From Thermoplasmata archaeon (GTDB lineage: Archaea; Thermoplasmatota; Thermoplasmata; Lutacidiplasmatales; UBA184): a stretch of 64,000 bases of DNA. The notes below the pieces were generated by a model. The model searched no databases and was not told where the DNA came from. It worked only from the letters and a program-made list of their open reading frames with translations. Position numbers and translations under genes: made by a program. This document shows positions 9,531-19,388 of this stretch, piece after piece. Position 1 is the first letter of the stretch; each line of letters begins with the position of its first letter. Where the stretch lies: the NCBI GenBank assembly GCA_052325545.1, contig JBKQUP010000034.1, forward strand, positions 33,450 through 97,449, given 5' to 3'.

Positions 9531-10301
9531 TCAGCGACGGGCGAAGAGCACCCGGTTCGAGAGGTCCTGCCAGACGACGCCCACGTCGCGGAACCCCGCG
9601 CGTCGGAGCGCATCCTCGTGGACCTCGAGGGGAAGGATGACCTGCTTGGGGTGTTCCGCGGTCCGCCGCTTGCGCTCGTCGAAGTACGGGCGGAGGGCGG
9701 GGATCCGCTCGGCCTTCTCCCACCACCGGGTCCACGCGGTCCACTCCTCGCCGATCTGACCGCCTCCGAACCGCTGCCGTCGGACCTTCTCGACGAGTCG
9801 GGTGAGTCCCTTCGCCCCGGGCCCCCACGGGAGATGGTCACCGTCCAGGAATACGCCGCCGCGCCGGAGGAGGCGGCCGAGGTCCCGGTAGAGCGAACGC
9901 AGGTCGGCCTCGGGGAGCCAGTGAAGGGCGGTCGTGCTGAGCGCGGCATCGACCCGCCGACGAGGAAGCGCGTCGGTCCATCCTCGGGCACCGAGCTTCG
10001 CATCGACCCAGGCCAACCGGCCGCGGAAGCTCCCGAGGGCGCCCCGACCGACCCGAAGCGACACGGGGTCGTAGTCAACGGCGATGACCCGGGCTGCGGG
10101 GAACCGTCGGAGAAGACGGACGCTGAGCGACCCGGGTCCGGACCCTAGGTCGAGGGCCGTGAACCGTTTGGGAACGGACGCCCCGAGAACGTCGAACATC
10201 GCGGAGAAGCGACGTTCCCGGTCCGGGTTGAAGCTCTCCTGCTGGGCGTCCCAGCTCCTCAGCATGGCTCGCCAGTTCGGCTCGTGTGAACCTCGTCCCA
10301 T
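9531..10301 (-). CDS. Class I SAM-dependent methyltransferase
   Basis: LDLGSGPG motif I; STTALHWL; LRRGGVFL. Confidence 0.9.
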   Translation of the reverse strand: MGRGSHEPNWRAMLRSWDAQQESFNPDRERRFSAMFDVLGASVPKRFTALDLGSGPGSLSVRLLRRFPAARVIAVDYDPVSLRVGRGALGSFRGRLAWVDAKLGARGWTDALPRRRVDAALSTTALHWLPEADLRSLYRDLGRLLRRGGVFLDGDHLPWGPGAKGLTRLVEKVRRQRFGGGQIGEEWTAWTRWWEKAERIPALRPYFDERKRRTAEHPKQVILPLEVHEDALRRAGFRDVGVVWQDLSNRVLFARR

Positions 10302-10465
10302 CGGTCGACCTGTGGTACGCCCGAACGGCGGTCCCTCAAAAAGCCCTCGCGTGCCCCGCCCGGGGCTTCCCGCGGAGGGAACTCCCCGACCGTTCGGAAC
10401 CTACGTTCGCGTCAGGCACGCGGCAGGTAGTTTTTTATTCCGGTCGACCGGCTTTGGACCAATCG

Positions 10466-11182
10466 ATGGTACCGTCCCGGTCCCCGGGGATTTCCCCTCC
10501 CCTCCGGGCGGTTGGCAAAGGACCGTGGGGGACCTTCATCTACGGGCAGTCAAGACCGGTCGTCCAATGGCTCGCCCAAGCGATGGCCGCGGCGTGTGAA
10601 CCCAATCCTGTGTGGGTCGATTTCCGGGTCGCCGACACCGCCCCCGACGAATCGGGGCCGGTCGCCGGTGGAGTGGTACCGAAAGACCATCTCTACGTCG
10701 TGACGAAGTCGGAGGCGAAGCCCGGCCCTGCGGTAACCGACCGCGCTCTCTGGACCGTGATCCGGTCGGACGAGCCGAAGGACACCATCGCCGAGCTCAC
10801 CGATTTCCTTCGCCTTCCTCCCCGGGCGCAGGAGATCGTCGGCCGTGCCGGTGGACAGGGCCGGCGGCTTTCGCTCGTGGTCGCGAACTCCGACCGCATC
10901 CGAGAGTTCTATCCGGGCTATGCCCAACTGATCCGGGCGCTGATCGACACGACGGTCCGAGCCAACATGGTCCCCATCTTCGCCTCCCTTCCCCCCACGG
11001 ACCCCGGATACCTCGCGTTCGACCTGGTCTTCGAGGTCCGGGCCCAGGGACTGGCCCAGTGGCGAGAGGGGACCTTGCGCTGTGAGAAGGCGCCGGCGGG
11101 GTCCGAGTTCGTCGCCGGTCGGTCGACCCCCTTGAGCGCGTTCCCCGAGCTGGCCTCGCTGCTCGACGGCCGTCGTGCCTGA
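10466..11182 (+). CDS. Hypothetical protein, possibly a degenerate RecA/KaiC-like fold
   Basis: Plausible globular ORF; GTFIYGQSR and LSLVVANSD fall where Walker A/B would be; start uncertain. Confidence 0.6.
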   Translation: MVPSRSPGISPPLRAVGKGPWGTFIYGQSRPVVQWLAQAMAAACEPNPVWVDFRVADTAPDESGPVAGGVVPKDHLYVVTKSEAKPGPAVTDRALWTVIRSDEPKDTIAELTDFLRLPPRAQEIVGRAGGQGRRLSLVVANSDRIREFYPGYAQLIRALIDTTVRANMVPIFASLPPTDPGYLAFDLVFEVRAQGLAQWREGTLRCEKAPAGSEFVAGRSTPLSAFPELASLLDGRRA

Positions 11183-11364
11183 GCGGACCGGCGGCCGGCG
11201 ACCCGGGCGGGCGATTTCGGGAAACCGTGGGTGGGCCGAGAAACCCCCGCGCGAAGACCCGCTCTCGGGCAAAGCCCTGACCGGGGCAAATGGTAAATAG
11301 GGTGCCCTAGGTGGCCGGGCCCTTGACGGCCGCCGCGCTATCGGTGGCCGGGGGAAGCGACCGC

Positions 11365-11580
11365 GTGACCGACCATCCGACGCATCGCCCCCTCGGTGCT
11401 GCAGAGTACACCCGATTCGAGCGGGCGCGCATCCTCGGCGCCCGGGCGCTCCAGATCTCGCTCGGCGCCCCGATCCTGACCGACGTGCCGCCGACGCTCG
11501 TCGACCCGGTCGAGATCGCGGAGCTCGAGTTCGCGGCCGGTCGGATCCCGATCACCGTTCGGCGGGGCCCGGCCGCATAG
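11365..11580 (+). CDS. rpoK: DNA-directed RNA polymerase subunit K (Rpo6)
   Basis: [22 protein letters not shown]...IPITVRR signature; start could be 11311. Confidence 0.96.
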   Translation: MTDHPTHRPLGAAEYTRFERARILGARALQISLGAPILTDVPPTLVDPVEIAELEFAAGRIPITVRRGPAA

Positions 11581-11601
11581 GCCGCCGGACGAGACTGTCC
11601 C

Positions 11602-12393
11602 CTATACTCCCGCGTCGTCCAATGCGTGGGCGCAGCCGCACGTCGGCGGCGTCGCGACGCGCGGAAGCAGCGCGGTGAGCACCCGATGCATCCGGTCGGC
11701 GTTCCGGTGCATCGTCTCGAGGATCTCCTTCGTCTCGACGGGACGCTCCGCCCACACGTCGTAGTCGGTGACCATCGCCAAGCACGCGTAGCAGACCGCC
11801 CGCTCGCGGGCGAGCGTCACCTCGGGCACGAGGGTCATGCCGATGATGTCGGCGAACGACCGGAAGAACTTCGACTCCGCACGCGTGCTGAACCGGGGTC
11901 CCTCGACGCAGACGTACGTTATCCCTTCCGCGAACGGGCTTTCGACCTCCCGGCCGGCCGTCGCGGCGGCCTTCGTGAGGTCGGGGCAGAACGGGTCCGC
12001 GAGGGAGACGTGGTAGACCCGGCCGCCGTCGAAGAAGGTCGTGGGGCGCTGTTTCGTGAGGTCGACGAACTGGTTCGGGAGGACGAACGTCCCGGGAGCG
12101 AGCTCCTCCCGGAGCGACCCGACCGAGCTCACGGTCAGGATGGCCTCCGCGCCGAGGGACCGGAGGGCGTCGACGTTCGCTCGGTAGTTCACCCGGTGGG
12201 GAGGGATCGTGTGGCCCGGTCCGTGCCGCGCGAGGAAGAGGGTCCGGACCCCGGCCACGGTACCCTCTTCGATCGGTCCCGACGGTGCGCCCCAGGGTGT
12301 CGAGACCTTGTGGCTCTGGGTCGTCCCGGGTTCGAAGATCCCTGAGATCCCCGAGCCTCCGATGACCGCGACCGTCCTTCGGGGGGCGCTCAT
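11602..12393 (-). CDS. mtnP: S-methyl-5'-thioadenosine phosphorylase
   Basis: IGGSG, FLARHG, VNYRAN, EGPRFSTRAES, GMTLVPE and VTDYD motifs. Confidence 0.95.
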   Translation of the reverse strand: MSAPRRTVAVIGGSGISGIFEPGTTQSHKVSTPWGAPSGPIEEGTVAGVRTLFLARHGPGHTIPPHRVNYRANVDALRSLGAEAILTVSSVGSLREELAPGTFVLPNQFVDLTKQRPTTFFDGGRVYHVSLADPFCPDLTKAAATAGREVESPFAEGITYVCVEGPRFSTRAESKFFRSFADIIGMTLVPEVTLARERAVCYACLAMVTDYDVWAERPVETKEILETMHRNADRMHRVLTALLPRVATPPTCGCAHALDDAGV

Positions 12394-13055
12394 CGACCCT
12401 CCCGCGCCGCGGGGGCGCTCGGGACGTGCGCTCGGAGGTGAAGGCGGGCCATGACGACCTCGCCTCGGGTGCGTTCGAGAAGCGAGCGGGCGGTGTCCTG
12501 CTTCGGCTTCAGCTGCACGATCGCTCGCGTCGTGTCGAACCGGAGGAGGTCGCGGGTGAGCGCGTCCATGAGGGCAAGGTGGGCCTCGGCGCCCGCGAGG
12601 TCGTCGTGCGCGAGGCGGTCGAGGACCAGGCGGCGGACCTCGCCGACCACGTCCCCGAGGCCGAGCAGGTACGGCTCGGGGTCGACCCCGAGGTCGGACG
12701 GGCCCGGGAGGGGGGTCCCCGCGACGATCGCGGCGAGCAGGACCCCTTCGACGCCCTCCTGGAGCGCGTCGAACGCAAGCCCCTCGTCGCCCCGCCCTTC
12801 CCGACGCAGCCAGTCCGCGAGCTCGAGGAGCTCTCGGCGGACGTCCGCGACCGCGGGCGGGACGGTGTGCTCGGCATGGATGCGGGACATGGTCGATTGG
12901 GCGAGCCGGCGGAGGCGGCGCGCGCGCTGGTAGAGCTCCTCGCGCCGTAGCTCGCGCTGGCGCAGGTGGGCCTCGATGCCCGTGAGGGCGACCTCGGGAA
13001 CCCCGACAGGCCCCGGGGAACGGTCGCTATCGGAAGAGGGTGAACCGTTGGTCAT
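12390..13055 (-). CDS. Translin/Trax family protein
   Basis: QEGVE, YLLGLGDVVGEVRR and LKPKQDTARSLLE motifs. Confidence 0.85.
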   Translation of the reverse strand: MTNGSPSSDSDRSPGPVGVPEVALTGIEAHLRQRELRREELYQRARRLRRLAQSTMSRIHAEHTVPPAVADVRRELLELADWLRREGRGDEGLAFDALQEGVEGVLLAAIVAGTPLPGPSDLGVDPEPYLLGLGDVVGEVRRLVLDRLAHDDLAGAEAHLALMDALTRDLLRFDTTRAIVQLKPKQDTARSLLERTRGEVVMARLHLRAHVPSAPAAREGR

Positions 13056-13314
13056 CGTTCCCTCCGTCCAGTAGTCCGAGCCGCACACCCGCGTCGAGCC
13101 AGCCGTGGGCGTAGCTCGCGGCGGCCAGGGCCCGGTCCCGGTCGCCCGCGGTCGCGAAATGCTCCGCGTCGGCGAGGTAGGCGCGGGCCATCGCCAGGAT
13201 ATCGTCCGAAGCTCCCCGGAGGAACGACCGCTCGGGCGGAGCGGGCGTCACCTTTGCGAGCGCCTCGCGGGTGAGGCGGAGGTACTTCTCGAGGAGCGGG
13301 GGTTCGGTCGTCAC
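13027..13314 (-). CDS. DUF357 family protein
   Basis: MARAYLADAEHF...ASYAHGWLDAGVRLGL. Confidence 0.9.
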   Translation of the reverse strand: MTTEPPLLEKYLRLTREALAKVTPAPPERSFLRGASDDILAMARAYLADAEHFATAGDRDRALAAASYAHGWLDAGVRLGLLDGGNDDQRFTLFR

Positions 13315-13371
13315 GCGCGACCTTACGTAGCGAGGCGTCCGATATAATCCGTCGGTCGGCGCGTGCGGTGC

Positions 13372-14019
13372 TCAGCCCTTCGGGACCTTCTCCCAATCCT
13401 TGAGGAACCGGGCGAGTCCGAGGTCCGTGAGGGGGTGCTGGACGAGCTTCTCCATCACGGCGTACGGCATGGTCACGATGTCGGCCCCGATCTTCGCGGC
13501 CTCCATCACGTGGATGGGGTGTCGGACGCTCGCGACCAGTACCTTCGTCGCGAACGAGTAGTTCCGGTAGATCTGGACGATGTCCCGGATCAGGTCCATC
13601 CCGACGTCGCCCTGGTCGTCGAGCCGCCCGATGAACGGGCTCACGTACGCCGCCCCCACCTTCGCGGCGAGGAGCGCCTGGTTGGCGCTGAACACGAGGG
13701 TCATGTTCACGCGGGTGCCCTCCTTCGCGAGGACCTTCGTCGCGGTGAGACCCGCGGCCGTCATCGGGACCTTGACGTAGATCGCGGGGTGGAGCTCGCG
13801 CAGGTGGCGGCCCTCCCGGAGCATCCCCTCGGTGTCGGTGGCGACGACCTCGGCGGAGACCGAAGGGACTCCGAGGGCGCAGACCTCGCGGAGGACCTCC
13901 TCGAACTTTCGGCCTTCCTTCGCGACCAGGGTCGGGTTGGTCGTGACCCCGTCTAGGATCCCGATCTCCCACATCGTCCGGATCTCTTTCACGCTCGCGG
14001 TATCGAGGAACAGCTGCAT
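13372..14019 (-). CDS. tal: Transaldolase (short TalC/FSA type)
   Basis: [28 protein letters not shown] and VASVR motifs. Confidence 0.95.
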   Translation of the reverse strand: MQLFLDTASVKEIRTMWEIGILDGVTTNPTLVAKEGRKFEEVLREVCALGVPSVSAEVVATDTEGMLREGRHLRELHPAIYVKVPMTAAGLTATKVLAKEGTRVNMTLVFSANQALLAAKVGAAYVSPFIGRLDDQGDVGMDLIRDIVQIYRNYSFATKVLVASVRHPIHVMEAAKIGADIVTMPYAVMEKLVQHPLTDLGLARFLKDWEKVPKG

Positions 14020-14044
14020 CGTCGTACCTCCCAACGCGCTCGGG

Positions 14045-15001
14045 CTACTGAACCTTGCCCCGGCCTCGCAGGAGCTCCCAGGCCTCGCTCCGGATCCGCT
14101 CCTTCGACATCCCGAAGCGGTCCAAGAGCGCCCACGGCTCGCCGGATTCGCCGAACACATCCGGCACCCCGACGCGGCGCACGGGTACCGGGTAGTTCTC
14201 TGAGGTCGTGGAGGCGACGAGGGCGCCGACCCCGGTGAGCACGGTGTGTTCCTCTAGGACCAGGATCGCGCCCGTCTCCCGCGCCGCGCGCAACAGCGCG
14301 GGCTCGTCGAACGGCTTCACGGAGGCGAAGTCGAGCACGCGCGTCGACACGCCGACCTTCCCGAGATCCTCGGCGACCTCGAGCGCGCGCGCGACGAGGG
14401 CGCCGACGGCGACGATCGTGAGGTCGCTCCCGCTCCTCAGTTCGGCGGCCTTCCCGATCCGGAACGAGCCGTCGGTGACCGTGGGGAGGTTCTCGCGCGT
14501 CAGTCGGACGTACGCGGGGCCGGCGCGCTCCGCGATCGCGAACGTCGCGGCGCGGGTGGTCGGAGCGTCGGCCGGGACGATGACCGTCATGCCGGGGAGC
14601 CCCCGCATCAACCCGATGTCCTCGACAATCTGGTGCGTCCCCCCGTCGGCGCCGACCAGGAGGCCGCCGTGGGTCGCGACGATCTTCACGTTGGCGCGGT
14701 TGTAGCAGACCGACTGGCGGACGAAGTTGTACGCCTGGCCGGCGGCGAAGACGGCGAAGGTGCTCGCGAAGACGGTCCGGCCCTGGAGCGCGAGGCCCGC
14801 GGCGATCGACATCATCGTCGGTTCCATCACCCCGACGTCGAAGAACCGGTCCGGGAACCTCTGGCCGAAGAGGACGGTCCGGGTGGAGCCGGAGAGGTCC
14901 GCGTCCATCGCGACCAGGGTCGGGTCCTTCTCCCCGAGCTCGAGAAGGGCCTGGCCGTAGGCGTCCCGCAAGCTCGCCCCCTTGCCGATGACCGCGGTCA
15001 T
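14045..15001 (-). CDS. Transketolase, C-terminal subunit
   Basis: [16 protein letters not shown] and LEEH motifs; overlaps stop of the N-terminal subunit. Confidence 0.95.
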   Translation of the reverse strand: MTAVIGKGASLRDAYGQALLELGEKDPTLVAMDADLSGSTRTVLFGQRFPDRFFDVGVMEPTMMSIAAGLALQGRTVFASTFAVFAAGQAYNFVRQSVCYNRANVKIVATHGGLLVGADGGTHQIVEDIGLMRGLPGMTVIVPADAPTTRAATFAIAERAGPAYVRLTRENLPTVTDGSFRIGKAAELRSGSDLTIVAVGALVARALEVAEDLGKVGVSTRVLDFASVKPFDEPALLRAARETGAILVLEEHTVLTGVGALVASTTSENYPVPVRRVGVPDVFGESGEPWALLDRFGMSKERIRSEAWELLRGRGKVQ

Positions 15002-15849
15002 GGTCGCGCCTCGCTGGGGCGCGCGAGCTCCGCGAGCGCCCGCTCGGCCTCGGCCGTGTTGGGAGGCTTCCCGTGGTACTGGTGCTTTCCTTCCATGAAG
15101 GAGACACCTTTCCCTTTCACCGTCCGCGCGACGATCGCGGTCGGACCGTCGGTCGTCCGACGCGCCTCCGCGAGCGCCCCCAGGATCTGGGGGAAGTCGT
15201 GGCCATCGATCTCGACCGTATGGTACCGGAAGGCGCGGAACTTCTCGGCGATCGGCTCGATCCCCATGATCGATTCGGTCGGGCCGTCGGTCTCGAGCCC
15301 GTTGCGGTCGAGGATCACGACGAGGTTGGACAGTCGGTAGTGCCCGCCGGCCATCAGCGCCTCCCAGGTCGGGCCGGCCTGGCATTCCCCGTCCCCGATG
15401 ATGGCGTAGGTCCGGTAGCTGGCCTTTCGGAGCCGGGCGTCCAGGGCCATCCCGACCGCCATCCCGATCCCCTGGCCGAGGCAACCGGTCGATGCCTCGA
15501 TGCACGGGAGCTTCACACGGTCCACGTGCCCCTGGAGACGGCTCCCGAACTGACGGAACGAGGCCAGTTCCTCGCGCGGCAAGAACCCCCGCAGCGCGAG
15601 CGCCGCGTAGAGCGCCGGGGACGCATGGCCCTTCGACAGGACGAGCCGGTCGCGGTCCGGCCAATCGACCCGAGCGGGGTCGATCTTGAGCTCGTGGAAG
15701 AGGAGGGCGGTGACGAGGTCGGTGACGGAAAGGCTCCCGCCGGGGTGGCCGCTCTGGGCCGCGTAGGTCATCCGGATGACCTCCCGGCGGATCTCTCGGG
15801 CCGTCGCTTCCAGCGAACGAACGAGCTCGACCGGCGTCCCTTCCGGCAT
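14998..15849 (-). CDS. Transketolase, N-terminal subunit
   Basis: SGHPGGSLS, DRLVLSKGH, GDGE (TPP motif) and TVKGKG. Confidence 0.95.
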   Translation of the reverse strand: MPEGTPVELVRSLEATAREIRREVIRMTYAAQSGHPGGSLSVTDLVTALLFHELKIDPARVDWPDRDRLVLSKGHASPALYAALALRGFLPREELASFRQFGSRLQGHVDRVKLPCIEASTGCLGQGIGMAVGMALDARLRKASYRTYAIIGDGECQAGPTWEALMAGGHYRLSNLVVILDRNGLETDGPTESIMGIEPIAEKFRAFRYHTVEIDGHDFPQILGALAEARRTTDGPTAIVARTVKGKGVSFMEGKHQYHGKPPNTAEAERALAELARPSEARP

Positions 15850-15874
15850 CGTCGGCGCGCGGAGGCCGGGCACG

Positions 15875-16792
15875 CTATTTGACTGTTGACCCGCGCGCGG
15901 CGCTCCGCCGGGCCGTCGGGCGCGGCGCCGGGCCGCCGGCCGAAGGTGGGACGAGCGAGCGGAGCGTGCGCAGGTCCGCTTCGTAGAGGGAGTACCCCTG
16001 GTCGTCGAGCGGGGTTTCGAGGTACCCCGGGGTCTCCTGCCAGCGGCGGTCGGAGACGAGGTGCCGGAACCCCTCCGCTCCGATCTCGCCCCTGCCGATG
16101 TTCTCGTGTCGGTCGAGGTGCGAGCCGAGAGCCGCCTTCGCGTCGTTGAGGTGGAACGCGCGGACCGTCTCGCGCCCGAGGATGCGCTCGAGCTGGTCCA
16201 TCAGCTCGCCGTACCCGGTCTCGTCCCGGAAGTCGAATCCGGCCGCGAAGAGGTGGCAGGTGTCGAGCGTCACACCAAGCCGGTCCCGACGGTCGACCTG
16301 GGACAGGACCGAGGCGAGCTCCTCGAACTTCGACCCCAGGGTCGTTCCCTGCCCGGCCGCGTTCTCGAGCAGGAGGCGGACCCGGCTCTCGGGCGCCTCT
16401 TCGAGGATGAACCGTAGGCTCTCGGCGATGGTGCGGAGGCCGGCCTCGACCCCGCTCCCGAGATGGGCCCCGGGATGGAAGATGAGCGCGTCCACGCCGA
16501 GCAGGTCCGCGCGATGCACCTCGTCCACGAACGCGGCGCAGGAGCGTTTCCGCCCGAACGCCTTCGGGCTCCCAAGGTTCGCGAGGTAGCCATGGTGGAC
16601 CGCGGTCGCCCGGAGACCTTCCGCCCGCACCGCCGCGCGGAACGCCTCGGCGGCGTCCGGGGCGATCGGCGGGCCGCTCCACATCTGGGGGCTCTTCGAG
16701 AACAGCTGCATCGACTCGCAACCGATCCGTCGGGCCTCGTGGACGGCCTCGGCGAGGCCTCCCGAGATCCCGAGGTGGGCTCCGAGCCGCAT
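15875..16792 (-). CDS. nfo: Endonuclease IV
   Basis: FHPG, LLENAAG, LDTCHLFAAG, HLND, DRHENIG and LETP motifs. Confidence 0.95.
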   Translation of the reverse strand: MRLGAHLGISGGLAEAVHEARRIGCESMQLFSKSPQMWSGPPIAPDAAEAFRAAVRAEGLRATAVHHGYLANLGSPKAFGRKRSCAAFVDEVHRADLLGVDALIFHPGAHLGSGVEAGLRTIAESLRFILEEAPESRVRLLLENAAGQGTTLGSKFEELASVLSQVDRRDRLGVTLDTCHLFAAGFDFRDETGYGELMDQLERILGRETVRAFHLNDAKAALGSHLDRHENIGRGEIGAEGFRHLVSDRRWQETPGYLETPLDDQGYSLYEADLRTLRSLVPPSAGGPAPRPTARRSAARGSTVK

Positions 16793-16851
16793 CCTCCCGG
16801 GGACGGGCGACCGGGGATTAAGTTATCCCGGGCGGGACCAAGAAGGAAGGA

Positions 16852-16974
16852 GGCTGACAGCTTTCCGCGTTTCCCGTAGGCTCGCGCACTTCAGTACCGC
16901 GCGGAACGCCAGTGGGCTTAACTTCCGGGTTCGGAATGGGACCGGGTGTTTCCCCACCGCTTTGGCCGTCAGCC
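16852..16974 (-). rRNA. rrf: 5S rRNA (stand-alone)
   Basis: Minus strand GGCTGACGGCCAAAGC...CCCATTCCGAACCCGGAAGTTAAG...GCTGTCAGCC with complementary ends; TTAAATA box at 16997-17003. Confidence 0.97.
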
Positions 16975-16999
16975 GAGCGGTCGGACCGAAACCTCGTAT

Positions 17000-17512
17000 T
17001 TAACGTTGAGCGGGACGCTTCGGCGCCGCCCGCGAGCGGCGGCGCTTCGGGGCCGGGCCGGCCGGTTCGCGGGCCCAGATGTACCACGTCCCGCGCGCCT
17101 GGCTCAAGCGGTGGCCGTCCTCGTCGTAGAGGTCCCCCTCGGCGAACACGAAATGGCGGCCGCGTCGTAGCACCTCTCCCCGGGCCGTGAGAGTGTCGCC
17201 CTGGCGGGCCGCGCGCAGGAACTCGACGTAGAGCGAGGTGGTCGCGGCGGTCTCGCCCGGCCTTAGCATCGAGATCACGGCCCCTCCCATCGCGGTGTCG
17301 AGGATCGTCGCGTAGACCCCTCCGTGCACGACCGAGTTGATGTTCAGGTGGCGCGACTCGACCCGGCCCGTGACCGTGCAGGTGCCGCGGCCGCTGCGCG
17401 CGAGGTCGACCTTGAACCCCACTTCGTGGTGGAACCCGCGGCGCACGGCGCGAGCGAGGTCCGGCAGCGGCGGTGTCGGGCGCGGCTCGGGGAGGTTCCG
17501 TACGCGGGACAC
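17000..17512 (-). CDS. PaaI family thioesterase
   Basis: HLNINSVVHGGVYATILD hot-dog-fold motif. Confidence 0.9.
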   Translation of the reverse strand: MSRVRNLPEPRPTPPLPDLARAVRRGFHHEVGFKVDLARSGRGTCTVTGRVESRHLNINSVVHGGVYATILDTAMGGAVISMLRPGETAATTSLYVEFLRAARQGDTLTARGEVLRRGRHFVFAEGDLYDEDGHRLSQARGTWYIWAREPAGPAPKRRRSRAAPKRPAQR

Positions 17513-17571
17513 GCCCGGTGCGAGCGGTCGTCGCGGATAAGTACTCCGCGGAGTCGTGCCGCCCCGGTCGA

Positions 17572-18579
17572 ATGGCGCGGGGACCCCGACTCGAAGCCAC
17601 CTACGAAGCCCCGCCGAACATCGCGCTCGTGAAGTACTGGGGGGACCGCGACCGCGAGCGGGCGCTCCCGTGCAACTCCTCGATCTCGGTGACCCTCGAC
17701 CGGCTTCGGTCGCGGACCACCGTACGGTTCGATTCGGACCTCGCGGACGACCGGGTCGAGCTGAACGGGGAGGTCGCGACCGGCGGCCCCCGGGAGGGCG
17801 TCGTCCGCTTCCTCGACCGGGTACGCGACATGGCCCGCGTGACGGACCGAGCGGAGGTCCGCTCTCGCAACAACTTCCCGACGGCGAGCGGGCTCGCCTC
17901 GAGCGCGAGCGGCTTCGCCGCCCTCGCCGGAGCCTCGACGACCGCCCTCGGGCTCAACCTCTCGGGCCGGGAGCTGTCCCGACTGGCCCGGTTCGGCTCC
18001 GGCAGCGCCTCTCGCTCGGTGTTCGGTGGGTTCGTGGAGTGGCGGGCCGGCGTTCGGCCCGACGGCGGGGACTGTGACGCCCGGCCCCTCTACGGCCCCG
18101 ACCATTGGCCGGCCCTGATGGACCTCGTCCTGATCGTGAAGGCCGCGCCGGTGAAGGCGGTACGTTCCGCGGATGCGATGCAGGCCACGGTCGCGACGAG
18201 CCCCACGTATGCCCGTCGGCTCGCGGAGCTCCCGGGCCGAATCCGTCGGATCCGCGCCGCGATCGGGGCTCGGGACCCCCGCCGGCTCTTCCCGCTCGTC
18301 ATGGAGGAATGCGACAGCTTCCGTGAGGTCTGCGAGACGACCCGACCGTCGCTCGATTACCTCACGACGACCTCGCGCGCGCTCCTCGCCGAGGTCCGCA
18401 CGATCAATCGGGAAGCCGGCCGTCCCGTCGCGGCGTACACCCACGACGCCGGGGCCCACCTCCACATCTTCACCCTGGCCCGGGACGCCGCGAAGGTCCG
18501 GAGGCGACTCTCCCGCGTACCGGGAGTGGAACGAACGATGCTGCTCCATCCCGGCCCGGGCGGGCGGCTCGTCGGATAG
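17572..18579 (+). CDS. mvaD: (Di)phosphomevalonate decarboxylase family (GHMP)
   Basis: NIALVKYWG, NNFPTASGLASSASGFAAL, GSGSASRS and THDAG motifs. Confidence 0.92.
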   Translation: MARGPRLEATYEAPPNIALVKYWGDRDRERALPCNSSISVTLDRLRSRTTVRFDSDLADDRVELNGEVATGGPREGVVRFLDRVRDMARVTDRAEVRSRNNFPTASGLASSASGFAALAGASTTALGLNLSGRELSRLARFGSGSASRSVFGGFVEWRAGVRPDGGDCDARPLYGPDHWPALMDLVLIVKAAPVKAVRSADAMQATVATSPTYARRLAELPGRIRRIRAAIGARDPRRLFPLVMEECDSFREVCETTRPSLDYLTTTSRALLAEVRTINREAGRPVAAYTHDAGAHLHIFTLARDAAKVRRRLSRVPGVERTMLLHPGPGGRLVG

Positions 18580-18593
18580 ACGGGACCCGGCGT

Positions 18594-19304
18594 TCAGACC
18601 CGGCGGGCGACGCTCGGTCGGCGCTCTTCGACACGACCGTCCGGGTACCCGACGATGACGAGATTCGTGAGGCCCGCGAAGATGCCGGTCTCGACCACCC
18701 CCGTGTGGCGGCGGATCGCCTCGTCCGCCGCGGCCGGCTCGTGGATCGGCTCTCGCGGGGAGAGGTCGAGTATCTCGTTGCCGTTGTCCGTGGTGAACGG
18801 GCGGCCGTCGGGACCCACCCGGAGGCGCACCCGGTAGCCCTCGGCAGCGAGCTCCCGTTCGAGGATGGGGCGACCGAACGGCACCACCTCAATCGGGATC
18901 GAAGCCCGCTCCCCGAGCGCGCCGACGATCTTGGAGGGGTCCACCATGATCACGACCGAGCTCGAGAGGTGCGCGAGGAGCTTCTCGCGGAAGAGGGCCC
19001 CGCCTCCGCCCTTCGTCATGTCGAGGGCGGGAGAGACCTCGTCGGCGCCGTCCAGCATCAGGTCGAACCGGTCGTCGCCCCGAAGGGGACGGACCGGGAT
19101 CCGAAGCTCCCGGGCGAGCGCTTCGGTGGTACGGGAGCTCGCGACGCAGTCGAACTTCCCGTCCGGGAACCGCTCGGCGATCGCCCGGACCGCCTGCGCC
19201 GCCGTGGAGCCCGTTCCCAATGCGAGGCGAAGGCCGGGGCGCACGTGGTGCTCCACCGCGTAGCGAGCGGCGACCGCCTTCGCCCGTTCCAGGTCCTCGG
19301 GCAC
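18594..19304 (-). CDS. rpiA: Ribose-5-phosphate isomerase A
   Basis: LGTGST, DGADEV, KGGGGALFREK and TDNGN motifs. Confidence 0.97.
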   Translation of the reverse strand: MPEDLERAKAVAARYAVEHHVRPGLRLALGTGSTAAQAVRAIAERFPDGKFDCVASSRTTEALARELRIPVRPLRGDDRFDLMLDGADEVSPALDMTKGGGGALFREKLLAHLSSSVVIMVDPSKIVGALGERASIPIEVVPFGRPILERELAAEGYRVRLRVGPDGRPFTTDNGNEILDLSPREPIHEPAAADEAIRRHTGVVETGIFAGLTNLVIVGYPDGRVEERRPSVARRV

Positions 19305-19388
19305 ATTCCCCCGAACCCGCCCCCCTATTCAACCCGGCGGCGTCGCGGGCCCATTAGTGATAAACCCGAGGGGCCTTCCCGGGCCCGA

